Both the position numbers and the translations under genes were made by a program. The notes beneath the pieces are model-generated. The model was not told where the DNA came from and did no database searches. It saw nothing but the letters and a program-made list of their open reading frames with translations. 64,000 nt of DNA from Deltaproteobacteria bacterium (GTDB lineage Bacteria; Myxococcota_A; UBA9160; SZUA-336), in NCBI GenBank assembly GCA_016875225.1, contig VGRW01000004.1:7111-71110 (forward strand), given 5' to 3'. Positions 42,705 to 51,990 of the stretch are shown piece after piece (positions within the stretch are counted from its first letter, which is position 1; every line of letters starts with the position of its first letter).

Positions 42705-44026
42705 GACGCATCTCGGTGTTGGCTCTGCTGGGTTGCGCGCTGCTCGCCCGCACGGCCGCGGCGGACGTGGCCCCGGGCGACGTGATCCGGGCCGCGAACC
42801 GGGAGCAGGTGCGCGAGCTCGTGCCCGCGGAGTTCTACAGCTACGCGATCGAGCCGTTTGCCGAGCTCGAGATGCGGATCGTCGCGACGGAGTCCTACCC
42901 GCCCCACCCGAAGTACGTCGAGGCGACGGTGAAGTTCGCCTGCCAGGCCTCGCTCGACGCCGAGGGCCGGCTCTCGAACTACGGCGCGGGACAGCCGTTC
43001 CCGTACTCGGAATGGGCCAAGGAGGCGACCGGGCACCGCTGCGACCTCACCCCCGACGATCCGCAGTTCGCGACGAAGCTGGCCTGGAACGTGAACCAGC
43101 GCTGGCAGGGCGGCTCGGGCTTCAACATTCCGCACTGGGGCTTCGCGAACATGCGCAACGCGGGCCGCGAGATCTGGCGCATCTCGCAGGGCGAGTACCG
43201 CCGCACCTACTTCAGCGGCCGCGCGGATCTGCTTCCAGCGACGACGGAGCTCGAGCCCGGGACCAACACGGAGTGGGCCGAGTACTTCGACGTGAAGTCG
43301 CCGTTCGACCTGCGCGGAACCATGTTCCTGCTCTATCGCTACCGGAACGGCCAGGAGGACGACACCTGGGCGTACATCCCGGCGCTGCGGCGCGTGCGCC
43401 GCATCGCCGCGACGCAGAAGAGTGACTCGCTGCTGGGAACCGAGTTCACGCTGGAGGATTTCTACCTGTTCTCGGGCTACGTCTGGGATCACGTCTGGGA
43501 GTTCCAGGGCGAGAGCGAGCAGCTCGCGGTGTCGAACAGCGTCCGCACCTGCTTCCCGCGCGTGCTGGGCGCGATCTCGCCGACCAGCATGGTTCGGCTC
43601 GGCACCGACGCGGAGTGGGGCACGTGTCGCTTCGATCCCTATGGCGCGCTGCCGATGATCGGCGAGAGCTGGCAGAAGCGGAGGAGCTTCGAGCTCGACG
43701 ACATCCCGCGCCAGAAGGGCCACCCCTACAGCCGCAAGAAGATCTGGTACGACAAGGAGACGATGTCGCCCGGGCTCGCCGTCGCCTACGACCGCGCTGG
43801 CAAGCCCTACAAGCTGATCGGCGGCGTGGGGAAGTGGAGCGAGTCGACGGACCTGCCCGAGAACCAGGGGCGCTTCGTGCTGCTCGGCACCTCCGTGATG
43901 ATCGTGAACGTGCAGAGCGGCGCGTCGAACCTGGGCCAGTTCGACGGCATGAACGCGATGGAGTTCGACGTCGGCGCGAGCCGCAAGTACTACGACACCA
44001 CCAAGCTCAAGACCGCGGGGCGCTAG
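42701..44026 (+). CDS. DUF1329-family (LolA-like fold) periplasmic protein
   Basis: ATG at 42701 (ATGA overlap). Signal peptide (MRRISVLALLGCALLARTAAADV). GAGQPFP and WAYIPALRRVRRIAATQKSDSLLGTEFTLEDFYLFSG are typical of DUF1329. Confidence 0.75.
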   Translation: MRRISVLALLGCALLARTAAADVAPGDVIRAANREQVRELVPAEFYSYAIEPFAELEMRIVATESYPPHPKYVEATVKFACQASLDAEGRLSNYGAGQPFPYSEWAKEATGHRCDLTPDDPQFATKLAWNVNQRWQGGSGFNIPHWGFANMRNAGREIWRISQGEYRRTYFSGRADLLPATTELEPGTNTEWAEYFDVKSPFDLRGTMFLLYRYRNGQEDDTWAYIPALRRVRRIAATQKSDSLLGTEFTLEDFYLFSGYVWDHVWEFQGESEQLAVSNSVRTCFPRVLGAISPTSMVRLGTDAEWGTCRFDPYGALPMIGESWQKRRSFELDDIPRQKGHPYSRKKIWYDKETMSPGLAVAYDRAGKPYKLIGGVGKWSESTDLPENQGRFVLLGTSVMIVNVQSGASNLGQFDGMNAMEFDVGASRKYYDTTKLKTAGR

Positions 44027-44032
44027 AGGGGG

Positions 44033-45007
44033 ATGCGGCCGGGGATCGTCTCGCACGCGCTCCGCTTCCTGTGCCTCGGCGCGCTCCTGGTCGCGGCGGA
44101 TCGCGTTCTGCTGCGGAGATCGAGCGCAGGCGAATCGGAGCGGGGCGCGATCGAGATCGACGCCGAGCGGATCGACGCGCTCCGCAAGGGCTGGATCGCG
44201 CGAGGCGGCACGGCTCCCGACCATGCCGTGCTCGCCGCGCTGATCGAAGCCGAGATCGACGACGAGATCCTGCTGCGCGAGGCGCGCAAGCGCGGTTTCG
44301 AGAGCGAGGACCCCGTGGTTCGCGCGCGGCTGGCGAGGAACGTCGGCTTCATCTCCGGCGCGGACGAGCGAGCGGGCCGCGCCGGCGATTCCGCGCGCGT
44401 CGATCTCGCGCTCGCGCTCGGGATCGCGCGCGGCGACCTGGTGGTGCGAAGGCGGCTGATCGAGCGCATGCGCGCGGAGCTCGGGGCAGGGGAGCACGAA
44501 CCGCCGAGCGAGCGCGAGATCGACGCACGGTTCGCTCGCGATCGGGAGCTGTGGCTCGGCTCGCCGCGACTCCGTCTCTCCCATGTGTTCCTGTCGCGCG
44601 ATCGCCGCGGAGCAGCGCTCGTCTCGGACGCCCTCGCGCTCCGGCGCGAGATCGCGGCAGGCCGGCTCGAATTCGCGGACGCGATCGCGCGCGGCGATCC
44701 GTTCCTGCTCGGTCACTCGCCGTCGGATCGGTCGCAAGCGGAGCTGTCGCGGAGCTTCGGCGCGGCCTTCGCGATCGCGGTCTTCGCGCTCGAGCCGGGG
44801 CAGGTCTCGGAGCCGATCGAGTCGCCCTACGGGCTGCATCTGGTTCGGGTTCACGAGCGGACCCTTGCTCGGCCCGCCGAGCTCGAAGCGGCGCGCGCGC
44901 GGATCGCGGCGGAGCTCGCGCGCGAGCGCGCGGACGGGTCGCTGCGCGTCGCGCTCTCTCGACTGCGCGACGGCTACGAGATCCGCATCGCCAAGGTCGA
45001 GCGGTGA
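44033..45007 (+). CDS. PpiC/parvulin-type peptidyl-prolyl isomerase, membrane-anchored
   Basis: N-terminal anchor (LRFLCLGALLVAA). Parvulin core: LRLSHVFL...FADAIARGDPF...FGAAFAIAVFALEPGQVSEPIESPYGLHLVRV. Confidence 0.7.
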   Translation: MRPGIVSHALRFLCLGALLVAADRVLLRRSSAGESERGAIEIDAERIDALRKGWIARGGTAPDHAVLAALIEAEIDDEILLREARKRGFESEDPVVRARLARNVGFISGADERAGRAGDSARVDLALALGIARGDLVVRRRLIERMRAELGAGEHEPPSEREIDARFARDRELWLGSPRLRLSHVFLSRDRRGAALVSDALALRREIAAGRLEFADAIARGDPFLLGHSPSDRSQAELSRSFGAAFAIAVFALEPGQVSEPIESPYGLHLVRVHERTLARPAELEAARARIAAELARERADGSLRVALSRLRDGYEIRIAKVER

Positions 45008-45969
45008 AGTTCGCACGGTTCGCGGCGCTCGTTGCCATCGCCGCGCTCTTCGCCGCACGCGCGCACGCGCACCCGCTCGCGCCATCTCTTCTGGAGCTGC
45101 GCGAGCACGGGGGCGGACGCGTGAGCCTGGTCTTCCGCACGCCTCGTGTCGGCGCGGCGGGAGCGACGCCGGCTCCGATCCTGCCGGCGGGCTGCCGCGA
45201 GGCCGAGCCCCCGCGGCTCGAACGCGACGAACGGGCTCAGACGCTCTCGGCCGTGCTCGATTGCGGCGAGCAGCCACTCGCCGGCCGCTCGGTCGGCCTC
45301 GATGGGCTTCGCGACACCGCGACCAACGCGCTGGTGCGCTTCGAGGCCGCGGACGGCACGGTCGCGCAGGGCGTGATCGACGCCGATCGGCCTCGCTTCG
45401 AGCTTCCCGCGCGGCGCGGGCGCGCGGCCACGATCTACGCCTATCTGAGACTGGGCCTCGAGCACATCCTCGGCGGTCTGGACCATCTGCTCTTCGTCGC
45501 CGGGCTGGTTCTGCTGGTGCGAAGACCGCGCGCGCTCGTCGCCACGGTGACCTGCTTCACGCTCGGGCACGCGCTCACGCTCTGCGCCGCGGCGCTCGGC
45601 CTCGTGCAAGTGCCGGCCGCGCCGATCGAGGTCGCGATCGCGGCGAGCGTGTTCTGGCTCGCGCTCGAGCTCGCCTGCCCCGGCGGGCGGCGGCTCCGGC
45701 CCGCGCGAATGGCGGCGGCGTTCGGGCTGCTGCACGGCTTCGGCTTCGCCGCGGCGCTCTCCGAGGCCGGGCTTCCGGCGCGCGACGTTCCGCTCGCGCT
45801 CGCGAGCTTCAACGTCGGAATCGAGCTCGGCCAGCTCGCCTTCGTGGCGGCGCTGCGGCTCTGCATCCGGCCGCTCCGCGCCGCCGAGCGGCCGATCGCG
45901 TACGCGTTCGGCGCGATGGCCGGCTTCTGGCTGATCGAGCGCACGCTCGCCGCGCTCGGGCTGGGCTGA
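45004..45969 (+). CDS. HupE/UreJ-family membrane protein (putative Ni/Co or other metal transporter)
   Basis: GTG at 45004 (GTGA overlap). Signal peptide ends AHA followed by His (AHAHPL). LEHILGGLDHLLFVAGL, LGHALTL, LLHGFGFA and NVGIELGQL match the HupE/UreJ pattern. Confidence 0.7.
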   Translation: MKFARFAALVAIAALFAARAHAHPLAPSLLELREHGGGRVSLVFRTPRVGAAGATPAPILPAGCREAEPPRLERDERAQTLSAVLDCGEQPLAGRSVGLDGLRDTATNALVRFEAADGTVAQGVIDADRPRFELPARRGRAATIYAYLRLGLEHILGGLDHLLFVAGLVLLVRRPRALVATVTCFTLGHALTLCAAALGLVQVPAAPIEVAIAASVFWLALELACPGGRRLRPARMAAAFGLLHGFGFAAALSEAGLPARDVPLALASFNVGIELGQLAFVAALRLCIRPLRAAERPIAYAFGAMAGFWLIERTLAALGLG

Positions 45970-46836
45970 TCAGCGGATCTTCGCGAGCACCTCGCCGGCG
46001 AAGCGGTCGAGCGCGTCGTCGGAGCTGCCGCCGATCGCGAAGGTCGGCACCACGAGTCGCGAGACGCCGAGATCCGCGTAGCGCTTCACCGCGTCGATCC
46101 CCTCCGCCGCGGGAATCCACATCGCCGAGATCTCGACGCTCGCCGGGTCGCGTCCGATCGCGGCGCACGCCTTGCGCAGCGGCGCGAGCAGCTCCGCGAG
46201 CTGCGCCACGTTCCCGCTCGGCGCGTACCAGCCGTCGCCGAGCTTCGCGATCCGCTCGAAGACCTTCCCCTTCGATCCGCCGACGATGATCGGCACGCCC
46301 GGGCGCTGGACCGGAATCGGGTAGCTCTTGAAGCCGGACCAATTCAGGAACTCGCTGCGGTGCTCGACGACCTCGCCCGACCAGACCTTGCGCATCGCCG
46401 CGACGTAGTCGTCGAAGCGGGCGCCGCGGTGCTCGAACGGAACGCCGAGCGCGTCGAACTCCTCGCGCAGCCAGCCGATCCCCACGCCGAGCATGAAGCG
46501 GCCGTTCGAGACGAAGTCGAGGCTCGCGGCCTGCTTGGCCAGGTACAGCGGGTTGGTCTGCGACAGGATGTTCACGCCGGTCGCGAGGCGGATCTTCGAG
46601 GTGCAGGACGCGATCGCCGCCAGCGCGATCAGCGGGTCGACCAGGTTCGTCTCGGGCGGCGCACCCATCTTCCCGGTCGCGTTGTACGGGTACTTCGACG
46701 AGTAGTCGATCGGGATCATCACGTGCTCGAAGGTCCAGAGCGACTCGATTCCGATCGCCTCGGCCTTGCGCGCGGCAGCGAGCAGCTGCCGGGAATCCGC
46801 GACGGCCATGTTGACGGGGATCAGGCCGATCTTCAT
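45970..46836 (-). CDS. LLM-class flavin/F420-dependent oxidoreductase
   Basis: ATG at 46836 (MKIGLIPVNMAV...), in frame with the 45970..46998 ORF and sharing one nucleotide with the MOSC stop. ESLWTFEHV, GVGIGWLREEFDALGV, RGARFDDYVAAMRKVW. Confidence 0.8.
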   Translation of the reverse strand: MKIGLIPVNMAVADSRQLLAAARKAEAIGIESLWTFEHVMIPIDYSSKYPYNATGKMGAPPETNLVDPLIALAAIASCTSKIRLATGVNILSQTNPLYLAKQAASLDFVSNGRFMLGVGIGWLREEFDALGVPFEHRGARFDDYVAAMRKVWSGEVVEHRSEFLNWSGFKSYPIPVQRPGVPIIVGGSKGKVFERIAKLGDGWYAPSGNVAQLAELLAPLRKACAAIGRDPASVEISAMWIPAAEGIDAVKRYADLGVSRLVVPTFAIGGSSDDALDRFAGEVLAKIR

Positions 46837-47696
46837 CAGAGCAGCTCCACCGCGTCGCCGACCGCGATCCGGCCGGCGCGCTCGATGCTTCCGTAGACGC
46901 CGACGTTCTGGTTCGCCTCGCGCACGACGGTGCGGATCAGACCCGGGTCCTTGGGCAGATCGTCGAAGCCGTGCGAGATCATCACGCAGCGCGGGCAAGC
47001 CGCAGGCACCGAGATCTCCACGTCTCCGATCCGCAGGCGCTTGCCGATCCAGCCGAGCTCCGCGAAATCCTCGACGCCGTCCGGTGTCGTGATCAGGAGA
47101 TTCGGACGGAAGCGGCGCACGTCCACGCGCGACGCGGGCGCCAGCTTCTGCAGCCGCCCGAGCGTGGCGCTGGTGAGCAGGAGCAGCGGAAACGCGTCGA
47201 AGTAGGTGCCGGGCGGCGACTCGAACTCGAAGAGCACCGGAGGGAAGACCGAGAAATCCGGCAGCGGCTCGTCCGGCGCGCGGCCGAAGACCGCGCGCAT
47301 CTCCTGGTCGAAATCGGCGTGGGTCGGGGCGCCGCGCCGGTAGTGATCGAGCTTCTCGGCCGGAAGCAGCGGCCAGAGCGTGACCTCGTTGCGAAGCGCC
47401 TGGCTCAGTCGCTTCGAGGCTTCGGCGTCCGACGCGCGCAGACGCGCGCCGTCGGGAAGCGTGATCTCGGGCGCCGGCACGCGTCCCGGCTCGGGCTCCT
47501 CGAGGTAGCGCGCTCCGCAGCGCATCAGCTCGGCGAGTTTCTTCGCGCCGCGAATGCCGCCGCGCACCTCGTCCCGCCCCGCCCAGCCGCGATCTCCGGG
47601 GATGCCGTTCGTGCCGAGCTTCGCGGCGTCGATCCGCTCGCCCTTCATGGATTTCACGGGATACCGCCAGAGCTCACCGATCCGACCGACGATCAT
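46836..47696 (-). CDS. MOSC domain-containing protein
   Basis: MIVGRIGELWRYPVKSMKGE (MOSC_N beta-barrel), RRFRPNLLI, and the conserved Cys in PAACPRCVMI. Confidence 0.85.
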   Translation of the reverse strand: MIVGRIGELWRYPVKSMKGERIDAAKLGTNGIPGDRGWAGRDEVRGGIRGAKKLAELMRCGARYLEEPEPGRVPAPEITLPDGARLRASDAEASKRLSQALRNEVTLWPLLPAEKLDHYRRGAPTHADFDQEMRAVFGRAPDEPLPDFSVFPPVLFEFESPPGTYFDAFPLLLLTSATLGRLQKLAPASRVDVRRFRPNLLITTPDGVEDFAELGWIGKRLRIGDVEISVPAACPRCVMISHGFDDLPKDPGLIRTVVREANQNVGVYGSIERAGRIAVGDAVELL

Positions 47697-47785
47697 CGCG
47701 TCCCGACCTCCGCTTCGAATCGTTCGAGGGTATCACGCCGGATCCCTTCTTCGTGTACCGTCACCGGCCACGACGGGAGGATCGC

Positions 47786-48703
47786 GTGGCGACGAGAGCG
47801 AGGACGGGGCCGAAGACGCTGCGCACCCACGTCGAGGAGGGCGTCTTCGTGATCACGCTCTCGCGCGCGGCTGAGTACAACACCATCACGCCGCAGCTGC
47901 GCGACGAGCTGGCCGCCGCGATCGACGCCGGCGATGCCGAGTCCGCCGCGCACGTGATCCTGCTCCGCGCCGAGGGCCCGGCCTTCTGTGCCGGTTACGC
48001 GCTCGACTGGGGAACTGCGGCTCAGGACGCGGAATCCGGAGCGACGCGAAGGCGTGTATGGGATTCGGTCTCCGACCTGCGCATGATGGGCCGCTTCGTC
48101 GACACCTACATGAAGCTCTGGTACGCGAAGAAGCCGACGATCGCGGCCGTGCAGGGTTGGTGCATCGGCGGCGGCACCGACCTGGTCCTGTGCGCGGACC
48201 TGATCGTGGCCGGCGAGGGCGCGCGCTTCGGCTACCCGCCCTCGCGCGTCTGGGGCACGCCGACCACGGCGATGTGGGTCTACCGAATGGGGCTCGAGCA
48301 GGCCAAGCGCTACATGCTGACGGGGGACGAGATCTCCGCGCGAAAGGCGGTCGAGATCGGGTTGATCCTGGAAGCCGTTCCCGACGCGGAGCTCTCGGAT
48401 CACGCCCTGGCGCTGGCCAGGCGCATGGCGCGCGTGCCGACGAATCAGCTCGTGATGCTGAAGCTGCTCTGCAACCAGACGGCCGAGAACATGGGGCTCG
48501 CCTCGAGCCGTCTGCTCGGCACGCTCTTCGACGGCGTCGCGCGCCACACGCAAGAGGGGATCGACTTCGTCGCGAGCGCGCGAAGCAAGGGCTTCCGAGA
48601 GGCGGTGCGCGATCGCGACGATCCGTTCGGCGACTACGGCAGCCGGGCGGGCACGCGGCGCAAGGCAGGCGCGAAGCCGAAGCCGAAGCCGAGGCGGAGC
48701 TAG
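47786..48703 (+). CDS. crotonase/enoyl-CoA hydratase superfamily protein with basic KP-rich tail
   Basis: GTG at 47786, preceded by GGGAGGA (the track start is 47753). FCAGYAL, PTIAAVQGWCIGGGTDLVLCADLIV. The C-terminal KAGAKPKPKPRRS is encoded by (AAGCCG)3. Confidence 0.8.
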   Translation: MATRARTGPKTLRTHVEEGVFVITLSRAAEYNTITPQLRDELAAAIDAGDAESAAHVILLRAEGPAFCAGYALDWGTAAQDAESGATRRRVWDSVSDLRMMGRFVDTYMKLWYAKKPTIAAVQGWCIGGGTDLVLCADLIVAGEGARFGYPPSRVWGTPTTAMWVYRMGLEQAKRYMLTGDEISARKAVEIGLILEAVPDAELSDHALALARRMARVPTNQLVMLKLLCNQTAENMGLASSRLLGTLFDGVARHTQEGIDFVASARSKGFREAVRDRDDPFGDYGSRAGTRRKAGAKPKPKPRRS

Positions 48704-48708
48704 CGCCG

Positions 48709-49563
48709 ATGCGGACCCGAGACGTACGACGGCTGATCTCCTGCCTGATCCTGCTCCTGGCCGCCACGGCACAGGCCCAGGACGACGCGCTGCCGAACGG
48801 CGCCGGACCGAGCGGCCGCGAGATCTACCAGCGCGTGATCGACAACAAGCTCGAGACCGCGTACTTCGAGCACCGCATGAGCTCGACCGATCCCGGTGGG
48901 AGCGTGCAGAACCTGGCGTTCTGGTCGCGCTTCAAGGATCTGCGCGCGCCGGGATCCGCGCCGAAGGGCGCCGTCATCTCGAAGACGGTGATGAAGTTCA
49001 CCGACCCGTACGACAAGCGAGACACGGCCTACCTCTTCATCGAGCGGAAGGGCACCGAGGACGAGGGCTTCCACTACTCGCGAAAGCGCGAGCGAGTCAC
49101 CCGGATCGCGCCGGCGAAGGAATCGATCTTCGGCAGTGACTTCAGTCTGGACGACCTCGCGGTGGTGAGCCACATCGACGACGCGACCTACCAGCGGCTT
49201 CCCGACGAGGAGCTCCAGGGAGTGTCCGTCTGGGTCGTCGACGTGAGCCACAAGCCGGAGACCGATCCGGCCTACGCGCGCAGCCTGCTGTACGTGGACA
49301 AGGTGTACAACGTGCCGCTGCGCACGCGGCACTGGGACGACGCGGGGGTCGAGGTGAAGCAGCTCGAGATCCCGCGCGGCAGGATCGAGTCGTACTCCGG
49401 GGTCTGGATCCCGCGCGAGAGCACGATGTACGACCTGTCCGAGAAGACGCAGTCGGTGCTCACCATCGAGCGCGTGGTCGACAACCCGGTGATCTCGGAC
49501 GCGATCTTCTCGCCCCAGAGCCTGAAGACCGTCGACTCGCTACGCGCGGGCGCGCGCGAGTAG
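48709..49563 (+). CDS. LolA-like outer-membrane lipoprotein-sorting family protein (secreted)
   Basis: ATG at 48709, 5 nt after the crotonase stop. Signal peptide (LISCLILLLAATAQAQ). RVTRIAPAKESIFGSDFSLDDL resembles the LolA_like/DUF1329 core. Confidence 0.7.
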   Translation: MRTRDVRRLISCLILLLAATAQAQDDALPNGAGPSGREIYQRVIDNKLETAYFEHRMSSTDPGGSVQNLAFWSRFKDLRAPGSAPKGAVISKTVMKFTDPYDKRDTAYLFIERKGTEDEGFHYSRKRERVTRIAPAKESIFGSDFSLDDLAVVSHIDDATYQRLPDEELQGVSVWVVDVSHKPETDPAYARSLLYVDKVYNVPLRTRHWDDAGVEVKQLEIPRGRIESYSGVWIPRESTMYDLSEKTQSVLTIERVVDNPVISDAIFSPQSLKTVDSLRAGARE

Positions 49564-51918
49564 CGCCGGGAGCATGACCAGATCGGCGGCCAGGCAGATC
49601 AGCAGGGTCAGCGCCGACAGGTAGCCGAACTCCACGATCGTCGCGAAGCCCGAGACCGTGATCGTGAGGAAGCCGGCGATCAGCATCAGCGCGGAGATCG
49701 CCATCGGCCGGCCGACGCGGCGCATGCTGTGCAGCACCGCGGCCTCCGGCGAGTTGCCTCGCTCGCGCAGGCGCCGGTAGGTCACGAGCATGTGCACCGT
49801 GTCGTCGACCGCCACGCCGAGCACCACGCAGCCGATCATGCTGGTCGGTAGCGAGAGCGGCGCGATGCCGAAGCCGAGCATTCCGAAGAACAGGATCACC
49901 GGCGTCAGGTTCGGGGCCATCACCAGCAGGCTGATGCGCAGCGAGCGGAACACGTAATAGACCAGCAGCAGCACGGTCGCGCTCGCGAGCGCGATGCTCG
50001 AGACCTGGTTGCCCGCGAGCGCGTCGGCGCTGCGGTTCAGCACCACGGCGTTGCCCGTCACTTCGACGCGCAGCGCGGGCGAAAGATCGAGCCGCTCCAC
50101 CACCGCTTCGATGCGCGCGACCAGCGTGCGCACCGCGCGCGAGCCGAGCTCGCCGGTGCGCACCAGCACGTTCGCGGCGCTGTGATTGGAGTTCGCGAAG
50201 CGGCGCAGCTCCGCCTTCGGAACCATGAAGATCAGGTCGCTCACCTCCTCGCGCGAGTTGGGAATGCGCTCCTGCGCCGGGTCGCCGTGCTCGAGGGCGC
50301 GGTTCAGCAGCCGCAACGGATCGGCCATCGAGACCGCGGCCGAAACGCCTGGCAGGAGCTCGAGCTCGCGCTGCAGCGCTTCCAGCTTGCGCAGGTTCGC
50401 CGGCTCGCGGAAGGCTCCCTCGTCGCGGCCGAAGAGCGCCACGTACAGAGGCACCGGCCCGATCAGCCGCTCGTTCACCGCGGCGAAGTCGCGCCGCACC
50501 GGCGAGTCGGCCTTGAAGTAGGTGAGATAGTCGGTGTCGACGACGATCCGCGGCAGCGCGATCAGCGCGCACACCGTGACCAGGGCCCAGCCGAGCAGGA
50601 CCGGCGTCGCGTGCGCGGTGCAGACCCGCGCGAGCGCGACGAGCGCGTCGTCGAGCCTGCGGCCGAAGGCCTCCCCGATCCTCGTGGTCGCCTGCCGGCC
50701 CGTGCGGTGCGGCAGCAGCGCGAGCGCCGCCGGAATTCCGGCCAGCGAGATGGCCGTCAGCATCGAGCAGCCGAAGAACGCGAACAGCCCCAGCTCCTCG
50801 ATGCCCGGAATCCCGCTCGGGACGAGCGCCGCGAAGCCGACCGTGGTCGTCACCCCCGAGAGGACCTCCGGCAGGAACACCTCGTTCAGCGTCGCGAGCG
50901 CGGCGTCGCGCGCGTTGTCGGCGTGCTCTCGCTCCAGCTCCCAGCGCGCGACGATGTGCACGCCGTAGAGCCCGCCGAGCGAGATCAGGATCGGCGCGAG
51001 CACGATCGTGAGCAGGTTGATCGGCGTGCCCGTCGCCGCGAGCAGCCCGAACGTCCACAGCACCGACATCAGACAGCCGAGCAGCGGCAGCAGCACGCAG
51101 CGCGCCGAGCCGGTGGTGACGAAGACCACGAGCGTCGCGACCACGACCGCGAGGGGGATCAGGCGCGCGAGGTCCTCGGCCATGATCACGGCGGTGCGAG
51201 ACTTCACGTGCGGACGGCCCGCGAAGCGGAACTCCCGGCCGGGCGCCGCCTCGGCATTGGCGATGGTGCGGATCGCCTCGTCGAGGCCGAGATCTACGAA
51301 GGCGCGATCGCCGATCTCGTGGAAGGACAGGTTGATCGCGGCGGCCGATCCGTCGCGCGAGACGATCAGCTCGGGGTAGATCGGGTCCGCGAGCGCACGT
51401 GCGCGCAGGTCGGCGAGCGCGGCGGGGTCGCTCGGCACCTCGTCGATGAAGCGCGAGACGTCCAGCCAGTCCTTCTCCGCGTCCCAACGGTACGTCGGCA
51501 CGTCGACCAGGCTCTCCGCGCGCCGCACCCCGGGAAGCTTCAGCACGGCGTGGCTGATCCGGCGCAGCGCCGCGAGGTTCTCTTGCGTGAACACGTCGTC
51601 GGCCAGCATCGCGATCACGTAGACGTCGTCGTTTCCGAAGCTGCGCGTCGCCTCGCGGTAGACCTCGCGAGCGGGATCCCTTCGCAGCATCAGCGGCTCC
51701 TCGGACGCGTCGAGGCGGACGCGCACGGCGAGATTGCGCACGTCGAAGAGGAGGAGCGCCGCGACCAGCGAGATCGCGCCGAGCCCGCCGAGCACGAGCC
51801 CGGCGCGATCGACGACCCACTCCGGCCGCGCGCGTACGAAGGCGAGCGCCGCGTAGGCGAGCGCGACGCCGACAGCGACCAGGACGAGCGGCGGGATCGG
51901 CGTTCCGGTGGAGTCCAT
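49540..51918 (-). CDS. RND-superfamily exporter of the MMPL/HpnN-like type
   Basis: ATG at 51918 (MDSTGTPIPPLVLVAVGVALAY...), in frame with the 49540..52743 ORF. 792 aa with two repeats, each a large soluble loop followed by a cluster of hydrophobic segments (LIPLAVVVATLVVF..., LVMAPNLTPVILFFGMLGF...GVAVDDTVHML). Confidence 0.8.
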   Translation of the reverse strand: MDSTGTPIPPLVLVAVGVALAYAALAFVRARPEWVVDRAGLVLGGLGAISLVAALLLFDVRNLAVRVRLDASEEPLMLRRDPAREVYREATRSFGNDDVYVIAMLADDVFTQENLAALRRISHAVLKLPGVRRAESLVDVPTYRWDAEKDWLDVSRFIDEVPSDPAALADLRARALADPIYPELIVSRDGSAAAINLSFHEIGDRAFVDLGLDEAIRTIANAEAAPGREFRFAGRPHVKSRTAVIMAEDLARLIPLAVVVATLVVFVTTGSARCVLLPLLGCLMSVLWTFGLLAATGTPINLLTIVLAPILISLGGLYGVHIVARWELEREHADNARDAALATLNEVFLPEVLSGVTTTVGFAALVPSGIPGIEELGLFAFFGCSMLTAISLAGIPAALALLPHRTGRQATTRIGEAFGRRLDDALVALARVCTAHATPVLLGWALVTVCALIALPRIVVDTDYLTYFKADSPVRRDFAAVNERLIGPVPLYVALFGRDEGAFREPANLRKLEALQRELELLPGVSAAVSMADPLRLLNRALEHGDPAQERIPNSREEVSDLIFMVPKAELRRFANSNHSAANVLVRTGELGSRAVRTLVARIEAVVERLDLSPALRVEVTGNAVVLNRSADALAGNQVSSIALASATVLLLVYYVFRSLRISLLVMAPNLTPVILFFGMLGFGIAPLSLPTSMIGCVVLGVAVDDTVHMLVTYRRLRERGNSPEAAVLHSMRRVGRPMAISALMLIAGFLTITVSGFATIVEFGYLSALTLLICLAADLVMLPALLARARA

Positions 51919-51990
51919 GCAGGGCGGCGCAGGTACGCTAGCAGACGCGCTCGCGTGGTACGTTCGAGCGAAAGCTCGAGGAGGACGGCG

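Noticed and set aside
40692-45277. Long minus-strand ORFs (40692..42623 and 42638..45277) and the plus-strand out-of-frame ORFs 41141..44026 (5' part) and 43615..45969 (5' part)
   Set aside because: These are shadows of the DUF3604, DUF1329, PpiC and HupE genes. The real genes begin at internal in-frame starts that overlap the preceding stops.
48675-48695. (AAGCCG)3 microsatellite
   Set aside because: It encodes the KPKPKP C-terminal tail of the crotonase. It is too short to call a repeat feature.
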